DNA of 64,000 nucleotides, taken from the NCBI GenBank assembly GCA_963834905.1, contig CAWIDR010000037.1, positions 93,023-157,022 of the forward strand, written 5' to 3'. This DNA comes from an uncultured Thermoleophilia bacterium (GTDB lineage: Bacteria > Actinomycetota > Thermoleophilia > UBA2241). Shown in pieces: positions 48,421 through 59,223 of the stretch. Position 1 is the stretch's first letter. Each line of letters starts with the position of its first letter. Made by a program: the position numbers and the translations under genes. The notes below the pieces were generated by a model, which was not told where the DNA came from, made no database searches, and was given only the letters and a program-made list of their open reading frames with translations.

Positions 48421-49438
48421 CGTGGGCGAGCGCGAGACCCCGTTCGGTCCGGATCCCGATCTCGAGGACCGCGTCGGCCAGCCGGGCGACGACCCGGAGA
48501 TGATCGAGTTCCGCGCCGACGCCGCTGCGGCGGGCAGAGAGGCCGAGCTGCCCGACACCAGCGCTCGGCAGGAGAAGGAACTCGAGGCCGACGCCGCAGC
48601 CGCGGCGGAGCAGAAGCGGCAGCGGCGCTACCTGGTCCGGGCGCTGCTCCGCAGCCCCACGTTCATGATCGGCCTCATCATCGTGCTCTTCTGGGTCTTC
48701 ATGGCGCTCTTCTCGACCTTCGTCACCCAGGACCCGTTCGCCCAGGACGCCCTGCAGTCCCTCAAGTCGCCCAGCCCGGCGCACTGGTTCGGCACCGATG
48801 ACCTCGGACGCGACGTGTTCGCCCGCACCATGGCCGGCGCGCGCACGGTGCTCATCATCGCGCCGCTGGCCACGATCCTGGCGCTCGTGTGGGGCGGCAT
48901 CATCGGCCTCATCGCCGGCTTCTGGCGCGGCCTCACCGACGAGATCATGATGCGCCTCGTCGACGTTCTGCTGGCGCTGCCGATCATCATCACGTCGATC
49001 TTGATCCTGTCGCTGCTCGGCAAGGGCACGGCCATCATCATCATCACCATCGGCGCCCTGTTCACGCCGGTCGTCAGCCGAACGGTGCGCTCCGCCGTCA
49101 TCGGCGAGCGCGAGCGCGAGTACGTCATGGCGGCGCGCCTCCGCGGCGAGCGCTCGGCGTTCGTCATGGCGCGCGAGATCCTGCCCAACATCACCCAGCC
49201 GATCATCGTGGAGGGCACCGTGCGGCTGGGCTACGCGGTGTTCACCGCCGCCACCCTGTCGTTCCTCGGCTTCGGCCTCGAGCCGCCGTCCCCCGACTGG
49301 GGCCTGACCATCGCCACCGAGAGGATCTTCCTGCAGATCGCGCCGTGGACGGTGCTCTTCCCGGCCGCCGCCCTGGCGTCCCTCGTGGTGGCCGTCAACC
49401 TCATCACCGACGGATTGGGGAGGACCTTCTCCGAATGA
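48413..49438 (+). CDS. ABC transporter permease (DppC/OppC-like) with a ~80-aa acidic N-terminal extension
   Basis: HWFGTDDLGRDVFAR and an AARLRGERSAFVMAREILPN EAA-loop region. Confidence 0.85.
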   Translation: MADVGERETPFGPDPDLEDRVGQPGDDPEMIEFRADAAAAGREAELPDTSARQEKELEADAAAAAEQKRQRRYLVRALLRSPTFMIGLIIVLFWVFMALFSTFVTQDPFAQDALQSLKSPSPAHWFGTDDLGRDVFARTMAGARTVLIIAPLATILALVWGGIIGLIAGFWRGLTDEIMMRLVDVLLALPIIITSILILSLLGKGTAIIIITIGALFTPVVSRTVRSAVIGEREREYVMAARLRGERSAFVMAREILPNITQPIIVEGTVRLGYAVFTAATLSFLGFGLEPPSPDWGLTIATERIFLQIAPWTVLFPAAALASLVVAVNLITDGLGRTFSE

Positions 49439-51595
49439 GCAGCACGGAGGAACACGTGGAAGCGGGCAACGCCCCCGCCCTCGAGGTCAGCGACCTGGAG
49501 GTCACCTTCCACCACCGCGGCCGCAGGCTGCCGGTCCTCAAGGGCATCACCCTGCGCATCGAGCGCGGACAGGCCTACGGACTGGTCGGCGAATCCGGGT
49601 GCGGCAAGACGACCCTGGCGATGGCCGCCATGCGCTACCTTGCGGCGAACGGCACGCTCGACAACGGGCGCGTGCTGGTCGACGGCCAGGACGTCAGCAC
49701 CCTGAGCGAGGAGGCCTTGCGCAAGTGGCGCGGCGGCAAGGTCGCCATGGTGTACCAGGACCCGACCCAGGCGCTGAGCCCTGCCATGCGCATCGGCGAC
49801 CAGCTCGCGGAGGTCTTCCACTACCACGAGGGGCTGGAGAAGAAGGAGGCACTCGAGCGAGCTCGCGAGAGCCTGCGCGCCGTCGCGATGCCGGACCCCG
49901 ACTCGACCCTGCGCCGCTACCCGTTCGAGCTCTCCGGCGGCCAGCAGCAGCGCGTCGTCATCGCCATGGCGCTGGCCGTGAACCCGCAGCTGCTCATCCT
50001 CGACGAGCCCACGACGGGCCTCGACGCGACGGTCGAGGCCGAGATCCTCGATCTCATCGAAGAGCTGCGCGGGCGCATCAACGCGGCGATCCTGCTCATC
50101 ACGCACAACCTGGGCCTCGTCGCCCGCCTTTGCGAGCGCGTCGGCGTGCTGTACGCCGGGCGGCTGGTCGAAGAAGGCCCGGCGCGCGCAGATCTTCACC
50201 GATCCGCGGCACCCCTACACGATGGGACTGCTGCGCTGCGTTCCACGCTTCGGCATGAACAAGACCGACGCCGCGCTGCAGACGATCCCCGGCACGCTGC
50301 CCGCCCTCGGCGAACCGCTCGAAGGATGTGCCTACTCCGCGCGCTGTCCGATGGCGCAGCCGGTCTGCAGACGCCGCGAGCCCGACCTCTACGCGTGGCC
50401 CGGCGACGCCGGGGCCGTGGGCCGGGCCGAGGCCGAGGCCGGGCCGCCGGACCCGGCCGCCTACTCGCCCCACCACGCGAACCCCGTCGGCATCGCCGAC
50501 CGCCACGCACGCTGCTACTTCTCGGCCGTGGTCGAGGAGATGCCGCAGATGGTGCCGGTCCTCGCGAAGAGCCTTGAGGAGCGGGGCGGCGACGTGGGCG
50601 ACGTGCTCGACATCGACAGCGTGGTGCGCACCTTCAAGGACGGTCGCCGGCAACTGACTGCCGTGGCCGACGTCTCCCTCAGCCTGCGCAAGGGCGAGAC
50701 CTTCGGTCTGGTCGGCGAGTCGGGCAGCGGCAAGACGACGCTGGCCAAGTGCGTCACCGGGCTCATCCCGGCGGACTCGGGCACCATCACCTTCGAGGGC
50801 AATGTGCTCAAGTCCACCGCCGGCAAGCGTCCCCAGGACGCACTACGCGCCATCCAGATGGTCTTCCAGAACCCGGACTCCACGCTCAACCCCGCCTGGA
50901 GCACGCGTGCCATCCTCACTCGCGCAGTGCGCAAACTGAGCGGCGGCAAGGGCGGCTCCGTGCGCGGCAAGGTCGACAAGCTGTCGGCGGACGTACGCGT
51001 CGAGCCGCGCTTTCTCTTCCAGAAGCCGACCGAGCTCTCCGGTGGTCAGAAGCAACGCATCGCCATCGCACGCGCGTTCGCCGGCGACCCGACGCTGGTG
51101 ATCTGCGACGAGCCGGCCTCGGCTCTCGACGTCTCCGTGCAGGCCAGCATCCTCAACCTGCTCGTGGAGCTGCAGACCAAGGAGCAGGCGTCGTACGTGT
51201 TCATCAGCCACGATCTCGCCGTGGTGCGCTACATCTCCGACCGCATCGGCGTCATGTACCTCGCCGAGCTCATCGAGGTGGGGGCGGCGGCGGACGTGTT
51301 CGACCCGCCGCATCACCCCTACACGGAGGCGCTGCTGAGCTCGATCCCGAGGCTGGACTTCGAGAAGCAGCAGGACCGCATCCCGCTGCGAGGGTCGATG
51401 CCGAGCCTCACCGACCCACCCACGGGCTGCCGCTTCCACACGCGTTGCCACCGGTTCCTCGGCGACATCTGCGTGGAGCAGGAGCCTCCGGCCATGGACG
51501 CCGGGAACGGGCACACCTACACGTGCCACATCCCGCCGGACGAGCTGCGCCGGCTGCAGCGGGCCAGCGAGCCGGAGCCGGAGTCTACTCTCTGA
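49435..51595 (+). CDS. Fused double ATP-binding protein of the Opp/Dpp-type ABC transporter (DppD-DppF fusion); frameshift ~50185
   Basis: Two full cassettes: GESGCGKTT / LSGGQQQR / LLILDEPT and GESGSGKTT / LSGGQKQR / LVICDEPAS. Each is followed by an oligopeptide-type C-terminal motif (PRHPYT, PHHPYT). Confidence 0.85.
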
Positions 51596-51650
51596 CGGCG
51601 ACCCGCGCGGCGTCCGGTTCCCGCTGACGCGGCTTCGCGGGCGCCCCTCC

Positions 51651-52547
51651 CTAGGCCCAGGCGGGCTCGCAGGGCGGGCTCAGCGCGAGCATGTTCCAGG
51701 CATCGTACGCAAGCCCCACCGCCGCGTGCTGCTTGTACGGCAGGGAGTAGCGGCCGGGGATGGACTCCTGCACGGCCGCCACGCATCCCTCTGCGAACAG
51801 CCGGGCGGTCTCCTCGTCTGCGGGCAGCCCGGCAAGCGACTGCTCGAGGCCCGAGGCGCGGAAGGCGGCTCCGCCCACCGCGCCGAGCGCCACACGCACC
51901 TCGGCGAGCGTGCCGGCGGCCGCGTCGAAGCGCACGACGAGCGCGGCGCTCAGCCGGGCGACGCTCACCGCAGTGCGCGAGCCGATCTTGGCGAAGGCCG
52001 AGCGATGCTCCGGTCCGAGCGCCGGGAACGAGAACTCGGTGATCGCCTCGTCATGCCGAGGCTCGTCCGGCTGGGGCCGAGGAGGACCTCGCCCAGCGGC
52101 CGGGTCGTGGATACTCCCGGCGCCGTCGATGGTCGTCACGTCGGCGCCGAGGGCCGTGAGCGCCGTCGCGCCGTCGGCGCAGGGCGACGCGTTGGCGATG
52201 TTGCCGCCGATCGTGCCGGCGTTACGGATCTGCACGGAGCCCACCTGGGCAGCGGCGAGGCCGAGGCACAGTGCGTGCTCGCGCACGAGCGGGTCCCTCT
52301 GCAGCTCGCTGAACGCCGTCGTCGCGCCGACATGGAGCGTGCCGCCGTCCAGGCGGACGTAGGAGAGCTGCCCGAGCCCCGTCAGGTCGATGATCACGTC
52401 CGGCTCGCTGCCGGGCAGCCGGATGGCGCGTACCAGGTCGGTGCCGCCGGCGAGCAGCCTCGTCCGCGGCGTAGCCGCCTTGAGCGCGGCGACCAGCTCG
52501 TCGATGCCGGCCGGCGTCACGACGTCAGTCACGGGCACGTCACTCAT
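51651..52547 (-). CDS. Xanthine-dehydrogenase-family FAD-binding subunit (CoxM/XdhB-like); compensated frameshift pair ~52060/~52120
   Basis: LLAGGTDLV, RNAGTIGGNIANASP. The internal stretch SIHDPAAGRGPPRPQPDEPRH reads STTRPLGEVLLGPSRTSLG in the +1 frame. Confidence 0.8.
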   Translation of the reverse strand: MSDVPVTDVVTPAGIDELVAALKAATPRTRLLAGGTDLVRAIRLPGSEPDVIIDLTGLGQLSYVRLDGGTLHVGATTAFSELQRDPLVREHALCLGLAAAQVGSVQIRNAGTIGGNIANASPCADGATALTALGADVTTIDGAGSIHDPAAGRGPPRPQPDEPRHDEAITEFSFPALGPEHRSAFAKIGSRTAVSVARLSAALVVRFDAAAGTLAEVRVALGAVGGAAFRASGLEQSLAGLPADEETARLFAEGCVAAVQESIPGRYSLPYKQHAAVGLAYDAWNMLALSPPCEPAWA

Positions 52548-53250
52548 CTCCTTCGGGGTCGGCCGGAGCGGCGGGCGGGGTGACGGGGGCGCCGGTCGAT
52601 GAAGCCGGGGCTCCCGGCGGTACGGCGGGCGCGTCAGGCGACGGGAAGGCCTCGGGGGCCGGGGCCGCGGCCTCCGTCAGCTCGGCCGCGGCCGCCTCGA
52701 CGACCTCCTTGACGACGGCCAGGGTCTCCGGGTCGGTGCTGACCTCTGCGGCGAGCTCTTCGGCCTCGCCGGGCAGCACCATCGCCGGCGTCGCGTCATG
52801 GCCGCCGGCCGCCTTCACGGCGGCGACGATCGCCGCGTAGCCGGTGCAGCGACAGAGGTTGCCGGCAAGGGCGATGCGGATGTCCTGTTCGGACGGCACC
52901 GGGTTGGCCATGAGCAGCGCCTTGGCGGACATCAGCATGCCCGGCGTGCAGTAGCCGCACTGCACCGCGCCGTACTCGACGAACTTCTGCTGCAGGAGGT
53001 CGAGCTCGCCGCCTTCGGCGAGGCCCTCGACCGTCAGCACGTCCTTGCCGCGCGCCTGCACGGCGAGCATCACGCACGAGTTGACTGCCTTGCCGTCGAC
53101 GATGACGGTGCAGGCGCCGCACTCTCCCTCGGCGCAGCCCTCTTTGGTGCCGGTCAGACCGAGCTGGTCGCGAAGGACGTCGAGCAGCCGCGCCGTAGGG
53201 CGCGCCTCCACCTCGTACTGCATGCCATTGACGGTCAGCAGGAGCTGCAT
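52540..53250 (-). CDS. Xanthine-dehydrogenase-family [2Fe-2S] small subunit (CoxS-like) with a ~85-aa Ala/Pro/Glu-rich C-terminal extension
   Basis: GCAEGECGACTV, NSCV, QCGYCTPGM, NLCRCTGY. The tail is ..AAAPAPEAFPSPDAPAVPPGAPASSTGAPVTPPAAPADPEGDE. Confidence 0.85.
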   Translation of the reverse strand: MQLLLTVNGMQYEVEARPTARLLDVLRDQLGLTGTKEGCAEGECGACTVIVDGKAVNSCVMLAVQARGKDVLTVEGLAEGGELDLLQQKFVEYGAVQCGYCTPGMLMSAKALLMANPVPSEQDIRIALAGNLCRCTGYAAIVAAVKAAGGHDATPAMVLPGEAEELAAEVSTDPETLAVVKEVVEAAAAELTEAAAPAPEAFPSPDAPAVPPGAPASSTGAPVTPPAAPADPEGDE

Positions 53251-55512
53251 GCGGGCACCTCCTCGGGCGCGTGAAGAGCGCCGATGATGCGCTCGGGCAC
53301 GAGCGGCAGATCGGAGAGCTCCGTGCCCAGTGCGTTGTTGACGGCATTGACGATCGCCGGGCGCGGTGGGCACCGTGGCGATCTCGCCGACACTCTTGGC
53401 GCTGAACGGCCCGTCGTCCCCTTCGTGCTCAACGAGAAGCACCTGGATGTCGGGCATGTCCGGCGCATTCACCATGTGGTAGTTCTTGAACCCGTCGATG
53501 CCGCTGCGGCCCTGCTCATCGACGTCGAGGTGCTCGTACAGCGCGTAGCCGATGCCCATCTGCACGGCGCCCTGGTACTGGGCTTCGACCATGCCACGGT
53601 TGATCGCCCGTCCCACGTCGGCGACGGCGAGGAAGTCGTTGACCGCGACCAGGCCGGTCGCGGTGTCGACTTCGACCTCGGCGAACTGCACCGAGTACGA
53701 GGCGGGATTGGAGACCGCGTAGTAGGTCGTCGACGCGGCGATGGACGGCACGTGGCGCATCTCGCTGAGGCGCGCGATGTCACGGTAGGCGATCGCGCGC
53801 TCCGGGTCGTGCTTGACGCGGACTGCGGCGTCGCGGGTGTACAGGTGAACGACCGGCTCCTTGAGCAATTCGGCGGCTGCCTGGAGGAGCCGCCCCTTGA
53901 CCTTCTCGGCGGTCACTCGGGCGCACTGGCCGACGACGTAGGTCACGCGGCTGCCGTAGGTGCCGTAGTCGAACGGCGTGGTCGCCGTGTCCGCCTCTCC
54001 GGCGGCGATGCGGTCGGGGTGTACGCCGAGGACCTCGGCGACGATGATCTTCATCGTGGTCACGACGCCACAGCCGGGATCGTGCAGGCTGGCGTTGAGC
54101 TCGAACGTGCCGTCCTCGTTCATCTTGAGCGACATGTTGCTCGCCTCGGGGAACGCGCCGAACATGCCGTTCTTGTGGGCGCCGGCGGCGACGCCGACGC
54201 CGCGCCGCAGGCGGCCCCGCCCCGCGGGGCGGGCCCTGCGCGCGGCCCAGTCGAAGGCCACGGCGCCGCGCTCGAGGCACTCGCGCACGCGCGCGTCGCC
54301 GAGCGGCAGGCCGGTCACGAGGTCGGTGTCGAAGGGCTCGACCATGTTCTTGAGGCGGAGCTCGACCGGGTCGAGCCGCAACGCGGCCGCCACCCGGTCC
54401 ATGTGGATCTCGGTGGCCGCGGCGATCTCCGGGGCGCCCCAGCCGCGGGCGGCGCCCCCGACCGGCGTGTTGGTCAGCACGGCGCGACTCATGTGCCGGT
54501 AGTGCGGCGTGCGGTACAACTTGGTGACCTTCTTGCACATGTGGATCGAGTAGTCGGGCGTGCTCGAGGCGTAGGCGCCTGAGTCCAGAGTGGAGGCGGC
54601 CTCGAAGTCGAGCAGCATGCCGTCCGGCGTGCAGGCGGTGCGGATCGTCGTCCAGGTCGCAGGGCGGACCATCGTCGCGATCATGCACTCCTCGCGGTCG
54701 AGGAGGAGCTTGACGGGCCGACGGGTGGCATGCGCGAGGAAGGCGCAGACCGGCTCGATGATGTACTCGGTCTTGCCGCCGAACGAGCCGCCCATCGGGA
54801 CCTTGATGACACGCACGCGGTGGTACTCCATGTCGAGGAGCTCCGCGATCACGGTACGCGCCGCATAGACGCCCTGGCTGGTGGTCCAGACGGTCATGCC
54901 GCCGGTGCTGTGGCCCTGAGCGATGCAGACGTGCGGCTCCAGCGCGGCGTGGTGGACGCGCGGGGTGCTGGTCGACGACGAGACGACGACCGCGCCCTCG
55001 AGGTCGGGGCGCTGGCCCTTGTCGATCTCGCTCTCGTACGCGACGTTGCCGGTGGAGTGGACGAGGACGTCGGTGCTGGCCAGCGCCTCGTCGACGGTGA
55101 GCAGCGGGGGAAGCTCCTCGTACTCGATCTCGACGAGCGCCGCGGCCGCCTCGGCGGTGGCCTTGCTCGTCGCCACGACCGCGGCGACGCGGTCGCCGAC
55201 GAAGCGCACGTGCTCGCTGAAGAGCGTCTCGTCGTGCGGCGCGAGGTCCTGGCCGGGATGGATGCGCGCCCGGCAGAACCGGGTCATCGGGGAGTTCTCG
55301 TGCGAGAAGACCTTGACGACGCCGGGCATGGCCTCAGCGCGAGAGGCATCGACCCGTTTGACCATGCCGTGCGGGATGGTGCTGAGAATGAGTTTGGCGT
55401 GGAGCATGCCCGGCATGCTGAAGTCGCTGCCGTAGACGAGCTCCCCCGTCACCTTCTGGGCCACGTCGTGGACGGGGTAGCTGCCCCCGACGTACTGCAG
55501 GTCCTCGGTCAA
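53235..55512 (-). CDS. Xanthine-dehydrogenase/aldehyde-oxidase-family molybdopterin-binding large subunit (frameshift ~53360)
   Basis: GAGGAGA RBS then TTG. YVGGSYPVHDVAQKVTGEL, GGSFGGK, GWGAPE, GQGAVQMGIGYALYE, KSVGEIATVP. Confidence 0.8.
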
Positions 55513-55547
55513 GCTGCCGTTCTCCTCTCGGTCGTCTTCTCTGGCGG

Positions 55548-57185
55548 TCAGATCAGGTTGCCCGGAGGTCTGTCCTCCGGGCGGCTCTCGTCGAACCAGC
55601 GCCGGTACTCGGCCTTGCAGGCCTGTGCCGCCGGCGCCAGGCAACATCCGCCCTCCGAGGTGCACAGCAACTCGGGCGGCAGGGCGCGGCCGATGCGGTC
55701 GGCGACGTCGATCGCCTCGTGCAGCGGCAGCACCGCCTGGTGGCCTGCGAGCGACAGGTCGGCGAACACGTGGGCCATGCAGGTCGCCGCCATGATGCGG
55801 CTGCGGCACGGCTGGCTGAGTCCGCCGGGCATCGGGTCGCACGGAAGGCCCATGAACGCCTGAAGGGCGAGCGAAGCCGCGTTCTCGACAGCTTCGGGGG
55901 ACCCGCCGACCATCTCCACGATCGCGGCCGCGGCCATCGCGCCGCAGACACCGGATTCGCCCGTACAGCCTAGCACTTCGCCGGTGGGTTCGGTGCGGGT
56001 GTAGGCGATGGCGCCGATGCCGGCGGCGACGAAGAGCCCGCGGAGCAGGTCGTCATCGCTCAGCCCGCGGGCCTCGCAGACGGCGCTGAGGGCGGCGTAG
56101 ATGTAGCCTGCCCCGCCGCCCATCGGCCCCGGTACGTTCTCGACGCCGGGCACGCCGGCGCCGGCGCCGTAGGCGTACTTGATCGTCTGCGCCGTGACGC
56201 CGTCGCTGACGCGGGCCGGCGTCTCCGCGTGCCTCATCCAGCGGCCGGCGAAGTCCGGCTTGAACTCGGTGTCGATGACGGCGACGTCCTCTTCGTAGAC
56301 GGCGCGGGTCTGCCGGCGCATGACCAGCGACAGCTCACGCATGCGGTCGACGACCCAGCTGAAGGGCCAGCCTGAGGCGTCCATCTCGTACTGGACGGCG
56401 ACCTCCCAGAGCGGGAGGTCGTTCTCGGCCGCGAGCTCGCGCCAGCGCGTCATGGTGTCGAAGAGCTGGGGCTTGCGGTCCGGCTGGCTGACGACCGGCA
56501 GGAGCGGCCGCAGCAGCGCCAGCCGGAGCACAGGAACGTCGCCGTCGAGCACCTCGCGCAGCGCCGGGAGATCCGGCTCGACAGGCACCGCGAAGGCGTA
56601 GAGGACCCCGCGGCCGTCGACGGGCACGGTCTGCGCGTCGACCACGTCGAGGAGCTCGGCCCTGAGCCGCTCGAGCTTCTCGTCGCTCAGGGCCTCCTGC
56701 GGATCCTGCACCAGCAGCACGAAGGCGTCGCCCAAGGTCTTGTACGGGAACCCGTCGATCGTCACCGTCTCGACCATGCCGCCGCCGGTGGAGTCGCCGA
56801 CCAGGTCGACCATCAGGCCGCTCTTGCCGGTCAGGACGAACTTGATGGCGTTGGGATGCTTGCTCTCGGTGATCTCGGTGAAGGCGAACTCGACGGCGAC
56901 CCCGGCCTCCTCCGCGAGTTCGAAGCTGCGGAACAGCCGGGGATCGTCGGGCAGGTAGCCGAGGACGCCGGCGACCATCGCCCGGTCCTCGGCCATGATG
57001 CCGAAGGTGCCGGCGAAGGAGCCGTTCGGGTCGAGCTCGACGCGCATCCGGGCGACCGGCTCCCCGAGCAGGCAGCCGGCGAGATAGCCGAGACGGCACG
57101 GCCCGGCGGTGTGCGAGCTGGAGCCGGGCTGCATCACCGGCCCGAAGACGTCGTTGAAGAACTCGGGGTAGGGCGCGACGGTCAC
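55548..57185 (-). CDS. sdaA: Iron-sulfur L-serine ammonia-lyase, fused beta-alpha form
   Basis: FNDVFGPVMQPGSSSHTAGPCRLG, ACT-like beta domain, then GGGAGYIYAALS, GCTGESGVCGAMAAAA, CDPMPGGLSQPC. Confidence 0.75.
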   Translation of the reverse strand: MTVAPYPEFFNDVFGPVMQPGSSSHTAGPCRLGYLAGCLLGEPVARMRVELDPNGSFAGTFGIMAEDRAMVAGVLGYLPDDPRLFRSFELAEEAGVAVEFAFTEITESKHPNAIKFVLTGKSGLMVDLVGDSTGGGMVETVTIDGFPYKTLGDAFVLLVQDPQEALSDEKLERLRAELLDVVDAQTVPVDGRGVLYAFAVPVEPDLPALREVLDGDVPVLRLALLRPLLPVVSQPDRKPQLFDTMTRWRELAAENDLPLWEVAVQYEMDASGWPFSWVVDRMRELSLVMRRQTRAVYEEDVAVIDTEFKPDFAGRWMRHAETPARVSDGVTAQTIKYAYGAGAGVPGVENVPGPMGGGAGYIYAALSAVCEARGLSDDDLLRGLFVAAGIGAIAYTRTEPTGEVLGCTGESGVCGAMAAAAIVEMVGGSPEAVENAASLALQAFMGLPCDPMPGGLSQPCRSRIMAATCMAHVFADLSLAGHQAVLPLHEAIDVADRIGRALPPELLCTSEGGCCLAPAAQACKAEYRRWFDESRPEDRPPGNLI

Positions 57186-58321
57186 GAGAACTCCCCCTTC
57201 TGGTAGCGCTCGGCGGCGCGGGCGACCGCGTCGCGGTCGAGCTCGACGCCGAGCCCCGGCGCGTCGAACAAGCCGAGCTTGCCCCGTCGCGGCGTGAGGT
57301 CCGGCGAGCTCACCAGGTCCTCGACGAGCAGCTGGTGCATGATCTGGTTGCCGTCCGTCAGGTTCGGCGTGCTGAGGCCGAGGTGATGCTGGGCGGCGTC
57401 GGTGATGCCGGACACGCTCTGTCCGTGCAGGCAGACCGGGACGCCGCCGGCCTCGGCGATGGCGGCGGCCTTGCGGAAGGCGAGCAGGCCGCCGGCCTCG
57501 TGCGGCGAGAGGACGATGGCGTCGGCCGCGCGCTGGCGGACGAAGTCGTACACGTCCGCCGGCGTCAGAACGGCCTGGTCGGCGGCGATGGGCACCTGGA
57601 CCGCCTCGCGGACCTGGCGCATCGCCGTGACGCTGAGCAGCGTCGTCGGCTGCTCGACCCAGTCGATGCCGTACGGCTCGAGCGCGTGGATCATGCGAAT
57701 GGCGTCGGGGACGCTCCAGGCGCAGTTGGGGTCCACACGCAGGCGGCGGCCGCCGATGGCTTCGCGCACGGCCGCCGTGTTCCGCAGGTCGGCCTCGTCG
57801 CCGCGGCCGACTTTGAGGTAGATGACGCCGTAGCCCGCCGCGGCGAGCTCGCCGGCGTCCTCCACCAGCTCGTCCGTGGTGTCGCCCTGGACGAAGCCGA
57901 AGTAGTCGACCTCGTCGCGGACGGCGCCGCCGAGGAGCCGGTACACCGGCTGGCCGGCGGCCTTGCCGATCGCGTCCCAGAGCGCCATCTCGACGCCGGC
58001 CAGGACGAAGTCGGCGTACCACGGCAGGTGATTGAAACTGCCGAGGTGGCGCGCCTCGTGCACCAGCCGCGCCACGTCGTGGATGGGCTGTCCGACGAAG
58101 AGCGGCTCGACGCAGCGGAGCGCCGCGACGGTCCCCTCGGCGGCGAGCGAAGAGACCGACTCGCCCACGCCGGTGATGCCGGCGTCGGTCTCGATCTCCA
58201 CGAGCACCACCGGCGAACCTTGGTCCACGCGTCCGGCCCAGTGGTACGGCTCCTTGAACGTCAGGAAGAGGGGAGTCAGACGGACGCCCGTGATGAGGAT
58301 GCGACCGGCGCGGGGATTCAC
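57182..58321 (-). CDS. Enolase-superfamily enzyme (mandelate racemase / muconate lactonising enzyme family)
   Basis: VVLVEIETDAGITGVGES, YLKVGRG, RLRVDPNCAW, IDWVEQP, ADQAV. GTGA overlaps on both sides. Confidence 0.8.
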   Translation of the reverse strand: MNPRAGRILITGVRLTPLFLTFKEPYHWAGRVDQGSPVVLVEIETDAGITGVGESVSSLAAEGTVAALRCVEPLFVGQPIHDVARLVHEARHLGSFNHLPWYADFVLAGVEMALWDAIGKAAGQPVYRLLGGAVRDEVDYFGFVQGDTTDELVEDAGELAAAGYGVIYLKVGRGDEADLRNTAAVREAIGGRRLRVDPNCAWSVPDAIRMIHALEPYGIDWVEQPTTLLSVTAMRQVREAVQVPIAADQAVLTPADVYDFVRQRAADAIVLSPHEAGGLLAFRKAAAIAEAGGVPVCLHGQSVSGITDAAQHHLGLSTPNLTDGNQIMHQLLVEDLVSSPDLTPRRGKLGLFDAPGLGVELDRDAVARAAERYQKGEFS

Positions 58322-59223
58322 AGCAGCGTGTCCAGCACCTGGGCCTCGAGGACCTGGTCGCGACTGAAGCTCGTCGCGTAGAGCACCGACCGCGCCAGCC
58401 GCACCAGGGCGTCCTGCGGCAGCAAGGCCGACGACCTCACTCTCACGGATCGGGACTCCGGCTGCGGTGGCCCGTTCGCCGATGGCGGCGACGACGTCCG
58501 CCATGGACGTCACGCGGTAGTCGGTGAGGTTCATCGAGACCTGCACGGTGCCGTCCTCGAGGAGCAGGCCCATGGCCTTGACGCACTTCATGCCGCCGTC
58601 GCGCTCGCGGATCGCGACGGCGATGCTCTTCGCAAGGTCGAGGTCGTCGGAGTCCAGATTCACGTTGAAGGCGATGAGCGGGAAGCGCGCGCCGATGGCG
58701 ATGGCTCCCGCCGTCGGGTGGACGCGCGCCTCGCCCTCGTCCGGAGTCTTCAGAGGCTCGCTGCCGATGACCTCGCGCATCTCCTCGAAGCCCTTGCCGC
58801 GGAAGGCGGCGAGGTTCTTGTGCTCGGGGATGCGGGCCGCGTCCTCGTAGAGGAACACGGGGATCTGGAGCTCGGCGGCGACCCGCTTCGCAAGCAGCTG
58901 CGCCGTCTCGAGGCAGGCCGGCGCGTCCTCCGGGCGCAGCGGGACGAACGGCAGCACGTCGGTGGCTCCGAAGCGCGGGTGTGCGCCCTCGTGCTGGTTG
59001 AGGTCGATGAGCTCGGCTGCCTTCTTGACGGCGCGGAACGCCGCCTCGGCGATCGGTCCCTCGTGGCCGACGAAGGTAACGACGCGAGCGGTTGTGCGTC
59101 GGGTCGCTCTGCACGTCGAGCAGGCTCACGCCCTCGACGCTGCGCACGGCAGCGGCGATCTGCTCGATCACCTCGGGCCGGCGACCTTCGCTGAAGTTGG
59201 GGATGCACTCGATGAGGGTCACG
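58318..59223 (-). CDS. Glutamate formimidoyltransferase (FtcD N-terminal domain only); frameshifts ~58430 and ~59085
   Basis: VTLIECIPNFSEGRRPEVIEQI, DPTHNRS|VVTFVG, GATDVLPFVPL, IPVFLYE, MKCVKAMG; C-terminus ..LPQDALV..QVLEAQVLDTLL*. Confidence 0.75.
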